From Callorhinchus milii (taxonomy: Eukaryota), in the NCBI RefSeq assembly GCF_018977255.1, contig NW_024704742.1, positions 105,960,001 to 106,024,000 of the forward strand: a stretch of 64,000 nt of DNA. The letters are read 5' to 3'. Made by a program: the position numbers and the translations under genes. Position 1 is the first letter of the stretch. Each line of letters begins with the position of its first letter. The notes beneath the pieces were generated by a model. The model did no database searches. It was not told the DNA's origin and worked only from the letters and a program-made list of their open reading frames with translations. This document shows positions 49,791 through 62,857 of this stretch, in pieces.

Positions 49791-51049
49791 TTTACTCAGA
49801 TATCAATTCATTCTCTGTACATTTTAATGGGAATTCAGAGGACCAACATTTCTCATGGTTTTAGCATTAGGACTGTTACTTACAAATTTACAATCGTGCA
49901 ACATTTGAATCATTTCTTAAATTCAGTCTTCATTTGGAAGCCAGTTTGCAAAATACAAAATTACATTTGTATGGCGCCTTTGCCGTTGGGAGGACATCCC
50001 AAGGTGCTGACATTTCTTATAGTTTCAACATTTCTTGCAAAGAATTATGCATGAGTCCAGTGGTCTAGACACTACCATCCCTTCTGGTACCCTATCCCAG
50101 TTACGAATTATTCTCCAGATAAGTTAATATATCCTGGTGTCTGCCCCCATCACCCCCACCGCCCCCCCCACCCCCAAATTTTGTTCACACCCTAAATCTG
50201 TGACTTCTTATATTAACTTCATGATTAGAACAGTGGAACCATTGACACAGATCTCATTTGAGCTGCAAGATAGCACTTTTCATATTTTCTTTGCTGCCCA
50301 GAAGAATTAATAGGCAACGCAGAACACTGAATGTCTCGCAAGCTCCTCTCCTCCAACTTTATGTTTTCACGAAGAGCAGCTAAATTAACAGTACTTGCTA
50401 GCTCAGTTTCAATTTCGCACCTCACAAAGGCGTTATCTGGTTGCTGAGTTAACACTCATTGACACTGTTGCAGGTGTGGTAAGAGGTGGTAATATTGCTT
50501 GAGGGGTTGAGTAACTGAGTTATTTTGAAGGATCTGCAGTAACAAAGACAGACAGACCTTTTTTTTAATCTTACATTACACTTGAGTAGTTTCTCAATTC
50601 TAATAACAGTCATGTTATCTACTAGGAGAAAGCCTATCGGCCACACAAAACTGCAATTTAACAGTATATTATTCATTGTAATAAATTTTATCCTTTCCTA
50701 CAATGAAAGACTGATAACCAAATCTATAGGTCCATTTCTATCCTATTAAGCAGGGGCCTCAGATTGCTTTACTAACCTGCTATTGTTTCCATTTATAAAT
50801 GCAATTTCAGTGAATGCTAAAACCCTGACTCCTGCTTTCCAGAAAATAACTAATTGCTGCAATATGGAGAGAAATGTAATTCAGCTGCAAATGTATTCTG
50901 AAATGTTTCTGATACAAAACTCTTTTTCCACATGATTGCAGCACTTAAAAAGTTAGAAGAGCAATAAAAAGGATGCCCATCCCAAATTCAGTTTAACATA
51001 GAAAGTCCTTGATTTTCGGTTTGTGTTTCACATTACAAAAACTACAAAA

Positions 51050-51785
51050 ATACAAAATACAAAAGTACATTTGTAAAGCACCTGTCACATCAGGACAAAG
51101 GCACGGTCGAAGAGTAGGGTCTTGAGATGCACCTTGAAGGAAGCAAGGGAGGGAACGAGGCAAAGGGAAAGTGGAAAGCAGTTTCAAAGGGTGGAGTTTC
51201 AAAGGCTGAAGGCCCAACTGCCAATGGTGGGGCGGGCCGAGTGGGGGATGTGGAGCAGGTCGGAGGCTCATCCAGGACTTGATGTCTGACAGTGGTCTTG
51301 GAGTCGAGGGTGGACAGAGAGATAGAATTGGGTGTCATCCACATTCATGTGGAAATTGACCCAAGAGAGAGTATGTACATGCTGAAGAGGAGAGGACCAA
51401 GGACAGAGGCCTGAGGAATGTCGCTCGAGACAGTGCGGGGGCTGGAGGAGAAGCCATTTGTGGAGACAAAGTGGATACAATGTGACAGGTAGGCTTTGAA
51501 CCATGACAGAACCATGCAGATTGAGGGAGAGGAGAGGCGATGAAGGAGGGTACAGTGGTTAATGGTATCAAAGGTAGGAGAGAGGTTTAGGAGGACGAAG
51601 GGACAGAGGGAATCCTGGTCACAAAATGTTATTTGTCACTTTGACCAAGGGTGTTTCTGTGCTGTGGGCAGCACTAAAACCTAATTGGAGGGGTTTGTAT
51701 AGGGAGTGGCGGGAAAGGAAGGTGTGAACCTTGTAAGCTGTGACTTGTTCCAGGACCTTGGAAAGGAATGGTGGTTTGCTGAGAA
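51050..51785 (-). mobile_element. heavily internally deleted L2
   Basis: VNFHMNVDDTQFY; several ORF2 blocks joined to the 3' end. Confidence 0.88.
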
Positions 51786-54700
51786 ATGTCAAAAATCATG
51801 CCACTATATTTGATGTGCGTGGGCAAGTGGCTGTCTTTGTCGACCTCGCATGCTGGAATCAATGTTATTTTCAGACCTTGTGGTACAGATGCACATGATA
51901 CCAGCCGAACGTTCAGATCAGACCCTCTTTCCCCTGTCACTAACAGTCACATGGCTTTTTTCTTGTTCACACATGAATTCTAGTCAGTGTTAAACTTGCT
52001 GGAACAAAAAGAAATGTTGAGCTACTACCTAAGGATGGTTAGAACAGAACAACCAGAGGTCAATTAGCAGCAGAGAGATGCAAACTGTTCCAACAAGAGG
52101 GAAGTACACAAGCCTGATTCCCAAGGAATGTGTGGAGGTAGAAAGTAGGTCATAGAATACCAAAGGCCGCTTAAAGATCGAACAATAATGGGGGAGGAAA
52201 ACACATAGGTTGCTTCTTGAAACAACAATACCTTTTTGCAGTGCAATGCTCCAGAGAGACAACTGAGAAAAGCAACATCCACATACATGTGCCACTAAAC
52301 TGGCTCAAAGTTTCCACCAATGAAGTTAACCATTCGAAAATCAATATAGGATCATTTAAGACATCATTTGACAGGAGCTTCTCAACTGAAGCGGCAAAGC
52401 AAAGAGCCTGAGGCAGGATATGATCATCAATATGAGTTTGACAGTATTACAATCACTTGGGGATTAAATTACTTCAATCAGTTGTTAATTACCTGAAAAG
52501 TAATCCTGCAAAAATACATAATGGAATTGACTTTACTCTCAACTAACAACTGAGACTAATTTGGCTTGGAAATGGAAGGGTACTGGTAACTTGGTATTGA
52601 CCATGTGTGAAACCATTGTTTTCAATTGCAATGGTGATTATTGTTTGCATGCACTTGTGATATGTTTGAATGCTGGTCATCGAATGGATTAATTGAGCTG
52701 AATGAATGATGAATATCTATATCTATCTAATAAAGTGAAATTTCGAATAAAATGTCCAAGAATTAAAAAAAAACTATTTGGTCATCTCATTTTCTTGAAC
52801 TGAAGAATATAATAATAAATCCATTGGGATTAAGTTATTTACATTTTAATGTTTTTTTCATTAGAAAGCTACCCATTATTTGGGAAATGTAAATATCCTT
52901 GGGAGGATGCCTTCAGGCGGCCTAGGGGTGATTTGTTCATGTTTACTATATTTGGTGTCATATTGGAATATATATTGGAATATGCATTGTCTGCTCTTAC
53001 AATTTTACGGGGAGATAGAAGCACAAGTTCCAATGTACATCTTTTCCACTTTTGTGTGTTGTAACTCTACGAATGTCTGTTTCTTCAGAAGAAATCAAAA
53101 ATTTAGTTTTCAATGGCATGAGTAATTTCCCTTTGAGTATGCAAAGGACAGAAATTTGTGGTGTTTCGTAATGTGTTTCTTGTGAATTACGGAACAATGA
53201 AACACTGCAATTTCATGCTGTTTAATAATTAACATAAATCTCCTCCCCTCCTCCACACTCACTCTCCTTGAGATTGCTGTTTTCACTCTAATTTAGAGAA
53301 TTCAGTCAATTCTCTTCTGCTGCACTTATTAATAGTTGGCATTTGGGCAGTGTGTGAACATTGGAGGTCCCTCAGAATGCATCACTATTCTGAGGCCAGG
53401 TTGGGGGGGAGGAGGAAGAGTGATTGGTTGAGAGGATGAAAAGAGAGGGAAGAAAACTTGCTATCTGGCCAACCATTTGAGCTTGAGTTGGGAATATTTA
53501 ATTGAGATCCTCATTGTGATTTCTGAAAGTGAGCAAAAAGCAAGAGAACATAATAGAGGGTCCTGGGATGTCACTTTACTCTCTGAACTTTTTTTTTGCA
53601 AGGCCACGGGTCTGACTGAAGCCCCTGAATGCTGTACAACCTACCTGGAAGTGCTGGTGATTTGATCAGTTTTTGTTCCAGAATTCTCAAATAGTCTTCA
53701 TGTAAATATCACAAATTACACCTCTTGTCAAAAAATAAAACATAGGTGGGAAATTCTGGACAGTGAACGAATGCTAAATGTTTTATCTGTCAATGTGTTA
53801 TCCATCTGGCAGAATGGATAAGCGTTTTATTTTCTCCAGACTTTTCCTCTTTCACTTTGAGTATGCATGCTGCAGACTGTGCATTGATTTTGTCTGCAAC
53901 CTCCCTATAAGCTTCCACAATTAGGGATCCAAAATGAAAGGGAGCCATCCTGTTCATATCAACAGCACCTCCAGGCAGCCTGCACTTCAGTGCCCACGGG
54001 GGTCAGACAGGCTTCTGCCCTTCTCAGTGTGGGAAAACTCAGTCGGGAAGAAACAAAAATAGCATTAAATTACCCTTTTTTATTTTCATTTAAACATACT
54101 TGGTTCCGATTCTTAGAAGTCTTAGACATTGGTTCAGTATAAAATGAGAGGAATCTTATATGTAAAACCCTCATGTAATTTTATATTAGCTTAAAGCTAA
54201 ATCGCTATGGGGGAGCATTATCTGCATTTACAATTCCTCACAAACTAACCACATGGCTGTGGTTATGGTCCAGTCCATTCTCACCAGTTCAGATTCTGAT
54301 CTGTTAATTGGAAGGGAACATGAAATGGAACTTGCTGCAGAGAATTCTCAGGAGAGTTGAGGCCTTAGACAGGTTGCAAGAACATGAGAGCTATGAAAGA
54401 ATGAGGCCCTTTGACAGATTTGATCCTTCCAGTATGACCACCCTACCATCTTCCCTCTGTGTGAAGAAATAGTCCCCATTGTGTGTCTAAACCTGCCCTT
54501 TACAAACCTAAAGCTCTGTTCCTCATGTCTTCTTATATTGGCATATCTACAAGTTATGTTCTGCGTTTGTTTTGTCCTGTTCAACAGAAAAATAATGAAT
54601 CCTCTCTTCCTGTAGGCTCTTATGTGTACTTCTATAAAATGGGTAGGATGGGGAAAATGCAGCGAGCCCAAGTTAGCTGATGGGAGTGGGTGAGCACAGG

Positions 54701-55609
54701 AGTGAGGTAGGAGGAGATCAGAGAGATAGGGAGGTGCTAGATGACGAAGGGATTTATAGGTGAGGCTTGAAATCGATCAGCCAAGAGACAGGGAGCCAGT
54801 GTAGCTAAGCGAGGACTGGAGTGATGGACATGTGGAGTTTGGAATGGGTTATGTGGTATCAACCCATCATTTAGAAACAGCTCTAATATTTATATCAGGT
54901 ATGTCAATAGAGCTGACCCAGAAATTTTAATCGATGACAGAAATATGTAAAATATGACCACAAACAAATGGACCTTTGGAGAGATCAGATTAAAGTCGCC
55001 TGCTTATCATCGACGGGCAGCTTTAATTAATGTAATTATTTTAATTAGTTCATTCATTGGTTGAGGTCTCACCTGTGGAAATCTCACAATTCGTGCTCTG
55101 TAAGTAGCTAAGAAAGGTTTTTCCAATAAACTTGACTTTATATTACAGATACTTTAATATTAACTTAAGTATAAGTAAATGTAGAGAACTCAGTAAATGT
55201 ATAATGTTCTTGGGTTGAATTGGCATATTGTGGAGGACTGATTAAAATAAAACATTACATTTAAATGGAAAAAATCCTGTTAGGTTTCAATGTCTTTCTT
55301 CTGGGATATGCTACCTGCATCCAGCCCATGGAAAGGACCTGAAATATTCACAAGCTTTGGATGGTTGGACAGTGTACCAAGACAGTTGCACAGCAGTTAA
55401 ACACTGATTCAATTTTATTCCAGCTCTTCAAGTCTCAAAGGTAAGACGAGGTCGCTTCATAGTTGAAAATTCATCTTGAAATAGATTTGTATCAGTAGAA
55501 AAGCTCAACCTCTTGATTGTTTCAAGAGAAGGGTCATCTGTTACAATTTTAATAGTGGGCCATGCACAGAATGAAATCTGAGAATTTTATGTGTACGAGC
55601 TGCATTGGG

Positions 55610-55963
55610 GCACATAGAGTATATGCTGATATTCTAATGTTGTGTGGGGTGTGCTGCATTGTCAGAGGTGCCATCCTTCAGATGAGACGTTGGACCGAAT
55701 TCCTGTTCATCAGTCCAAGTGCATGTTAAAATCTCATGACACTATTTGAAAGAAGAGAATTTTTCCCAGTATCCTGGCCAACAGTCCTCCAACTAAAATT
55801 GCTCACTCACTCTATGGCTGTTTGTGGAAAATTGTTGTGCACAAATATGTTGCAGCATTTGGCCACAAACACACAATAATAGCACTCTGTGTCCTGTGAA
55901 GCATTGTGAGACATTTTGGTGACATCATAAGGCACTGTATCAAATGCAAGATTATTGTTATTA
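55610..55963 (+). mobile_element. Deu SINE
   Basis: GAGGTGCCATCCTTCAGATGAGACGTT core; tail CAAATGCAAGATTATT. Confidence 0.85.
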
Positions 55964-56311
55964 TCTTCCCCTAGATCTTTCTCTGTTCTCCTCCTCGTTC
56001 TGGCGAACAAGACCAGTGACATTCTCCTCAAAACTCTCACTGAAGTAAAGTTGCTGCTGAGATGCAGGAGGTGATGGTGGGAAAGCTGAAAGAGGCAAAT
56101 GAGAAGCACATGGGCAAATTTCATTAACTATCCAGATGTATCCTATTGAATTTCATTATGCACATAAGCAACAGCTTGACAACTTTGAGCTAAATGATCA
56201 TCATTAACAGTACCAGGTGTTCCATAGCTTGAGGCTTCCCATTCTCCTCCTCTTCCTCTATGATGGGTATTAGTAGAGATAGAGCCTTCTCCTCCATCAT
56301 CAGTTTGTGTA

Positions 56312-56620
56312 AGAATAATGCTTACATTTGATATTGTGTCTTTCACGTTGGGAGGTTGTCTCAAAGCCTTTACAGTATTTTCTGTGTATTTGTAGGTGAC
56401 CACAGCAGCCCTTTTGTGCACATCAATGTTCCACAAACAGCCATGAAATGAATGATCAATTTTCTTTGGGGGATTGTTGGCCAGGGCACCGGGAGAAACT
56501 GTCTTCTCTTTTCAAATAGTGCCATGGGAACTTCAACATCCACTTGAAAAGGTAGAAGGGACCTTGATTTAATATCTCATCCAAAGGGTGACGTCTCCGG
56601 TAGTGCAACAGTCCCTCAGA
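56312..56620 (-). mobile_element. Deu SINE
   Basis: AATAGTGCCATGGGAACTTCAACATCCAC core; tail at 56312. Confidence 0.85.
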
Positions 56621-58374
56621 TCTCACCATTACTATATTGGCATAAAAAATTATGCAATTACCATCCAGGTACCTTTACTCCAATTCTGTTTAGCTACTGG
56701 AATTTCGACCCTATTGTGCTGAGCCCAGTTACAGTCCAAAGGATTGCACTTTGTGGAACCCCACAGGCAGGAAGAAAAATGTGTAACCATGGGTAATCTT
56801 CTATTTAAAGCATTTCATAAAGTGGACAACTGGCAATTATTGTGCTGTAGACTTTCCACTACTACAGCAATTTATTATTTACGCTGTTTACTGCCCATGT
56901 AAGCACGAAAAGCAAAGAAAACCCTGTTAAAAAGCAGTTGCCAATTAAAGCCATCTTTTAAAGGCCTTTAGCTGCTAAGCAATCCATAACCAATATATTT
57001 TTTAAAGGTTAAGCACTATGCAGATTTAATGAATGCTTCTCAGGCATGGCCCTAGAGAAGGGTTACTCACTCTAGATAATTAGACTGGATGTTTTAGTGA
57101 GTTGTTGGTAACTCAAGGCAGACATATGTGCTCTTGTTCTTCCTGTTATTTCAGGTTCAGATGTATTCATTGTTGGAGCCTTCAAGGTCACCGGAAAATT
57201 GATAACAAAACTCTGCTGCTTGTGTGTCATTAGGATTGGAGTAATAAATTACTGCTGATTAATTAGAAACCTTGTTCCACTTTTTTGTTCCCACAAGTTA
57301 ATATGATTTAAACCTTTGCTGTTTGTAAACTCGGAGATAAAAGAACAGCTTGGCTCAGTTGGTAGCATTCTCGTCTCTGTGTTAAGCCAGTATCCCACTA
57401 TTTTTCACTCCAGCGTGACTATTTATGAGTCAATCTTGGGCTCAATCATTTTGAAGGAGTGGTGGTGGGGTAGAAAGAATCAGATCTAAGGACAGTCAAT
57501 AGCTTTAGTTATGGATAGGGTGGAATTTTTAATAATTAATTACATAATTGTTAACAATAGGCATAATACACATTTCAAACACAAAAATGAGGTTCTGATA
57601 TTTGGCCTGCAAAACATCTCTATCGATTTGTCACTGTAAAGCTGAAATAATTTTTTATTCTATTTATTGATTCTCGATATTTCTGGCCCATTTCAGAACA
57701 TCATCCTCTTTGGATGAAGAATATCGTTTGACCCACTTGATGTCATCCAGAGAAAAAACACACCATACTGGGCTTGAATTACAGTACCAAACTGATTCAT
57801 AAATGAGTCCAGTCTTCTGGTTTCTCCCATTGGTTTTGGTAACCCATTACAGATATTAATTACAACAACAACTTGCACTTATATAATGCTCTTTACACAG
57901 GATAGTGTCCCAGAGAGCTTTAATTACACAGTGCATAAAGAAATCATTTTGACGTCTGTTTGCTGCTTACAATGTTTCACCTGTTGGCCTGGTGCCTTGC
58001 TATATCTGGATTTTTTTTGTTCTGGGTTTATTTTCTCAATCCCATTTAGCATCTTCTATGCCTCTACAAGATCCCCTCTGGGACATCTCTTTTAAAGGCT
58101 GAACTGCTCCTAATCAATCTGTAACTATACACCCTCTTTACTACCAAGTGATGCAATGTGCAGCAAACAGTGAAGAGTTTGCAGATGTTTGTTTGAGTGT
58201 ATCTCTGCTTAAGTATCTCAAATACCTATTCAACAATTGATTATGTTTGTGTAGAGCTTCTCAGCGTCATTGTGTAAAATAAGATGAACTGATGGAGTTC
58301 ATCTACACCATGATGGAGTCTTATCAACTCATGGTTACCTGGACAGCTTTCATCTTCCAGGAGTGACCCAGTTA

Positions 58375-58870
58375 AATGCTGGTGAATAGGATTGTTGAAG
58401 ATGAATTCATGCATTGAAACTATGATATTTTCTGGTGATCAATATCATTTCTGGATCAGAAAGCTTTCATATTGAGGAACTGGAATTCTTTCCTGTTAAT
58501 GTTGAATTTTCACAGAATACTATATCTGAATGTGCATTCAGTCCATGACGCTTTGCACTTGAGGAAATCCTGGACATTTGTAAAATGTTTGCAGTTTTGC
58601 TACCTGCTGATCTTTCATTCAGAAGCGAACAAAGCGTGAAGAGCGCATCGTGTCATGTGTATACTGTGACAGTGTTCTGTGAAATGTCACTTCAGAATTT
58701 TTCCAGGGTTTTGAAAGGAATCTGTAACTATGAAATTCAAGGGAAATTTACCTTTAACTAGCATAAGTAGTTGTGGAGTTGAAAGAAGCCATGGAAAATC
58801 TCTGATCTGCCAGAAGCAATTCACAAAGCTCAGGACACCTTTCTATGTCAGAATCTAAACACACATTGAT
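58375..58870 (+). pseudogene. possible decayed PIF/Harbinger (ISL2EU-like) transposase N-terminal half
   Basis: Colinear fragments IVEDEF...YD, EC....RF..EEI......LP, MCIL, EAIH across frameshifts; recognised from memory only. Confidence 0.35.
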
Positions 58871-58897
58871 CTCCAGATAGTCCACATTTATACATCA

Positions 58898-59001
58898 CTA
58901 GCTGTACCCATTGCAGCTACGCTTGCAACTAAAGGATCCAATATGGAATGTAGATTGACACACAGACAGACACGGGGACAGACATTTTACCTTTATCATT
59001 A
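58898..59001 (-). mobile_element. miniature non-autonomous Helitron
   Basis: Minus strand ends in hairpin TTGCAAGC-GTA-GCTGCAA, then TGGGTACAG-CTAG|T; 5' part TAATGATAAAGGTAAAATGTCTGTC; the TC start is not clear. Confidence 0.6.
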
Positions 59002-59433
59002 CTCATCTGGGAGGACTCCTGTAGGTTTAGCATCACGTTCTTTCTCAGAAAGAACAATTCGGGACAGACACCAGGAAATATTTCTTTATAGAGAGGGAAA
59101 TTAATGACTTGAATAGATTAGTGGGAAGAATATCTGAGGTAAGGTTGCTGGACACCTAAAAATAACTTGACACTATAATGGGTTGGTATTCTGGAAGGAT
59201 GAGTTTGAATTGGCATTTTTCATCTGAACCTCTCTTGTGATATTGTGAAATGAGCAACTATTCCAAGCAAAATCTGAGTGTTAAAGATCCCATGGCACTA
59301 TTCAGAAGTGAAGGGTGTTCCTCTGGGCCAATAATCTTTCAGGTAAAATATGAATGTTCATTTCGTAACTGTCTGTGGGACATTATTATGTGCTGTGTTT
59401 ACTTAAAAAATAGATAATCACTACACTTCATAG

Positions 59434-59614
59434 CAGGGTGGGCCAACCTTTTGGCTGCCACCGGCTGGATTCCCAATTTGAGAAAGGTCTACAGACTCTA
59501 TCCAGCGTGGGACAGTGCACAGCCCGTGGGCTACATCCAGCCCAACCGATGATTTTATCGGGCCCAAGACCATTTCCATAGTCTAGGCCTATGGTCACCT
59601 TCACCCATCCCCTG
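59434..59614. mobile_element. hAT/Charlie-like MITE inside a Deu SINE
   Basis: Termini CAGGGTGGG / CCCATCCCCTG; internal GCCCGTGGGCTACATCCAGCCC resembles MER58-type motifs; no clean TSD. Confidence 0.55.
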
Positions 59615-59937
59615 GCTTGGCAATGGGTTCCCGCACTGTTAAGCGTTCCAAGATGCTGTCTGGTGTGAAGGGCGCTATATAAATGCAAGTTGCTGTTGTT
59701 ATTATATCCCTCTGGGGAAATACTGCACTTACATTCCAGCTACAGGAATTTCCGTGTGTAGGTGGCATGCAGGAACTCTCAGTCTGGTTTAGATGCTCAT
59801 GAATATGCTGATGGATTTCCACATGTACCAGTGACCAAAAGAAATATAATAAACCTTGATATTACCATCAGACATGTTTGGAAATTGATATTGGCAAATA
59901 AAGTAATTTTGGTCCCTTGGTGTTAGGACTGTTCCAT

Positions 59938-61185
59938 AACAACAACAAAATTACATTTGTATAGCGCCTTTCACGTCGGGAGGATGTCCCAAGGCGCTGG
60001 ACAGACAGTTACGGACTTGAGCTGAGGGTCGGGGTGGGGGAGAGGGGAGGTCATGGGGGGGAAGCAAGGAGATCGAAAGCACAGTCAAAGAGGAGGGTCT
60101 TGAGGCGGGTCTTGAAGGTGACGAGGGAAGGGGTGAGATGGAGAGGTAGGGGGGAGCAAGACCATGGAGGGCTTTGAAGGTGAGGACCAGGATCTTGAAT
60201 TGTATCCTCTATGCGATGGGAAGCCAATGGAGTTGGGCAAGGATGGCGGTGATAGGGTCATGGAGCCTAGTGCGGGAGAGGCCATGGCCTGCATAGTCGA
60301 GCCTTGATTAATGAAAGCGTGTATGTGGGTTTTGGCGGCCTGTGGTGTGAGACAATGTCAGAGCTGGGCGATATTGCGGAGGTGGGGGAAGGCAGAGCGG
60401 GTCATGGTGCAGATGTGGGGTAGAAAGGATAGTTGAGGGTCAACCAAGACCCCAAGGTTCTGGACTGGCTTAGTAAGGTGGAGTGTGCATCCATGGATGG
60501 TGATACTGTCAGCGCCTGAGGTGAGGAGGCGCTGACGAAAGCCAATCAACAACAACAAGATTCCATTTATAAAGCGCCTTTTACGTCAGGAGGACGTCCC
60601 AAGGCGCTGCACAGTTGGGTCAGAACCCGAGCATTGGGGGAAATAGTCAGGGTGAGGGGAGGGAAGGGAGGAAGCGAGGAGGGGGAAGAGAGTCGAGAGG
60701 GGAGCTGAAGGCTCGGTCAAAGAATCAGGAGAGCCTCGGTCTTGTTGACGTTCAACTGAAGGAAGTTAGCTCTCATCCAGGACTTGATGTCTTGATGTGG
60801 TTAGGGGCTGGGGTGGGAGGAGGAGATGGGGAGGGGCTAATAGTTGCAGTGGCAGAGGCAGCTGAGCGGATTCCCTCGACTTTGGATTTGAGGAAGTCCA
60901 ACAGTGCCTCGCAGTTGGCATTTGAAGTGAGGATGGGTGAGGCATGAGAGGGTGGGCGGAGGAGTTGGTTCGTGATGGAGAAAAGGAGCCTGGGATTGTC
61001 CTTAGCCTCCAAGATTGTCTTGGAGTAGAACAACGATTTAGCGGAGGCAAAGGTGGAGCAGCAGGATTTGACATGGTCCAACCAAATGAGCTGGGGGACA
61101 GTTAGATTTGATTTAAGCCAGATGCGCTCAGCGGAAGACACCTGGGCTTGAAGGGAACGGAGGTGGCTGGTGTTCCAGGGTGATC
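59938..61185 (-). mobile_element. L2 with several internal deletions, reaching further 5' than the other copies
   Basis: PW...LRSL...AERIWLKS...AKSLFYSKTILEAKDNPRLLFS; tail at 59938. Confidence 0.92.
60549..60722 (-). mobile_element. 3' end of the young L2 subfamily nested in an older L2
   Basis: Nearly identical to 32925-33143 minus one 45-bp unit; AATCA at 60544-60548 and 60723-60727. Confidence 0.92.
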
Positions 61186-61379
61186 TGCGTGAGTAGGAAA
61201 ATAAAATACTATGTTCACGACTTTCGCGTAACACATTATTGCTATTTTACACTATTTTTTATTAAGAGATATTTAATAAGTTTAATAATTGAATAACTAC
61301 CTTAGATGTGATATCTTAAGGTCACAAGTTACACAAATAATGTCGAAGCATTCGAGCTGGAATCTGTCTGCGAGCAATC

Positions 61380-61665
61380 CCAGCACACATACATCCCCCG
61401 CTGTATCCATTCACCATTGGCTGGTGGCCTTTCAGCCGCACGGCAACTGCGGAGGCTCTGGAGCTCTATTCCTAGCTCCCTCCGACTGCTTCTCTCCCTC
61501 TTTCCAGGACATCTCAAAGCGTAGTTATTTGGCTGTGCTTTGTCATCCTAACCCTCCTCACACCCTCAACTCCCACTCTCACCTCCAGTACATAGCCAGA
61601 ATTGTCAGGTTCTTTGGGACATCCTCTTGAAGTGAAAGGCACTATATAAGTATAAATGGTATTTG
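61380..61665 (+). mobile_element. old L2 3' fragment
   Basis: CACCATTGG...CCTTTCAGCC...TTGGGACATCCTC...GTGAAAGGCACTATATAAG. Confidence 0.7.
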
Positions 61666-62857
61666 TATTGCATACAGTACTTTGCATGTAAATAACTTTA
61701 CAAAGCACTTCTCAAAAATCATATGGACTACTGAATAGCGTAGAAAGATTTAAGGAAGTTGATCAAATAACATAAAGGTTTCTTTAGAGGGTTTGATTGA
61801 AGGGGGAGAAAGGGTTAAAAGTGAAGGGATTGGGAGAGACTTCCAGAGAGAAATGACATATTGCCTGAAGTTCACTTTACTCACCCATCCTCAATTCATC
61901 CACATTCTTTTCCAAATTGATCTTGATTTATTCTGAGGTTCTCTTTGCGATCTATTTTTGTGTCATTGAATGTTGCAGAACTGTTATGCTTTGGGAAATC
62001 AAATTAAATTCCTGGCAGATTCTTGCTTTTCCCTAAAGACCAACAATATGGTTGGGTGATGGGGTTAGACGCATGTGGCACATAACTACATCCCCAATTA
62101 GTTCTGAGTCTCACACAGACTGAAATTATTGGACTCTCAAATAGTCCAGACATGCTGGAGCTCTAAAACATCTCAAAGTAATAATGAATTCTAAACACAT
62201 TTTTTATGGAAGAATGAATTAAGCCAAAAAGAGGAAACTTCTTTGTTGTTGACTGCAACAAATAAAATAATCTCAATGTCATATCATAGGCTAATCTTAA
62301 ATTGACTGTAATCTTAAATTGATTCTTATGGTTCAAATAAAGTCAGCCCATTTTACTTTCTGTAAGAAGATATTAGATTACCTGTCTGACATACATGCTA
62401 TTTTTTTTCCCTTTGCAAAGAAAACAGCAGGAGATTTGCATCACATTTTTTACCTCTGTTACGTGATGTAAACCTCCTGCACTGCAGTCTGACAAATTAA
62501 AAGTCAATAATGGGATTCCGAAATCCAAAACCATCACCATTTATGCAGGACCACTTTTTGCTGTTAATTTGCAAATTTGGAACAAATTGGTGATGTTCTG
62601 TAACATGTGAATTATCCAGTCAAATTTGTGTGAACAAATATAAATCATTCTTTACAACCTATTACTCCATCTATTTAATTTAATTTAATTACTCTATCTA
62701 TTTAACTTTTTGACGGCCTACTATCTTCTTCAGTGAATACTTTCCATGGTTTTATTTACAGTAGATAATTTACTCTGTATAAAGGGAGATTGTTAAATCT
62801 TTGTTTACCTCTGAGGCACATGTAATCTTACAGTGATAGTATTGTTTTCTTACCAAT

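Noticed and set aside
55975..56075. ARF-like LLVLANK peptide on the plus strand
   Set aside because: No NKxD and no other GTPase motifs
57697..57812. Exon-like frame TSSSLDEEYRLTHLMSSREK
   Set aside because: Aligns with 1025-1085, which looks like a CR1 3' UTR in reverse, so it is repeat-derived
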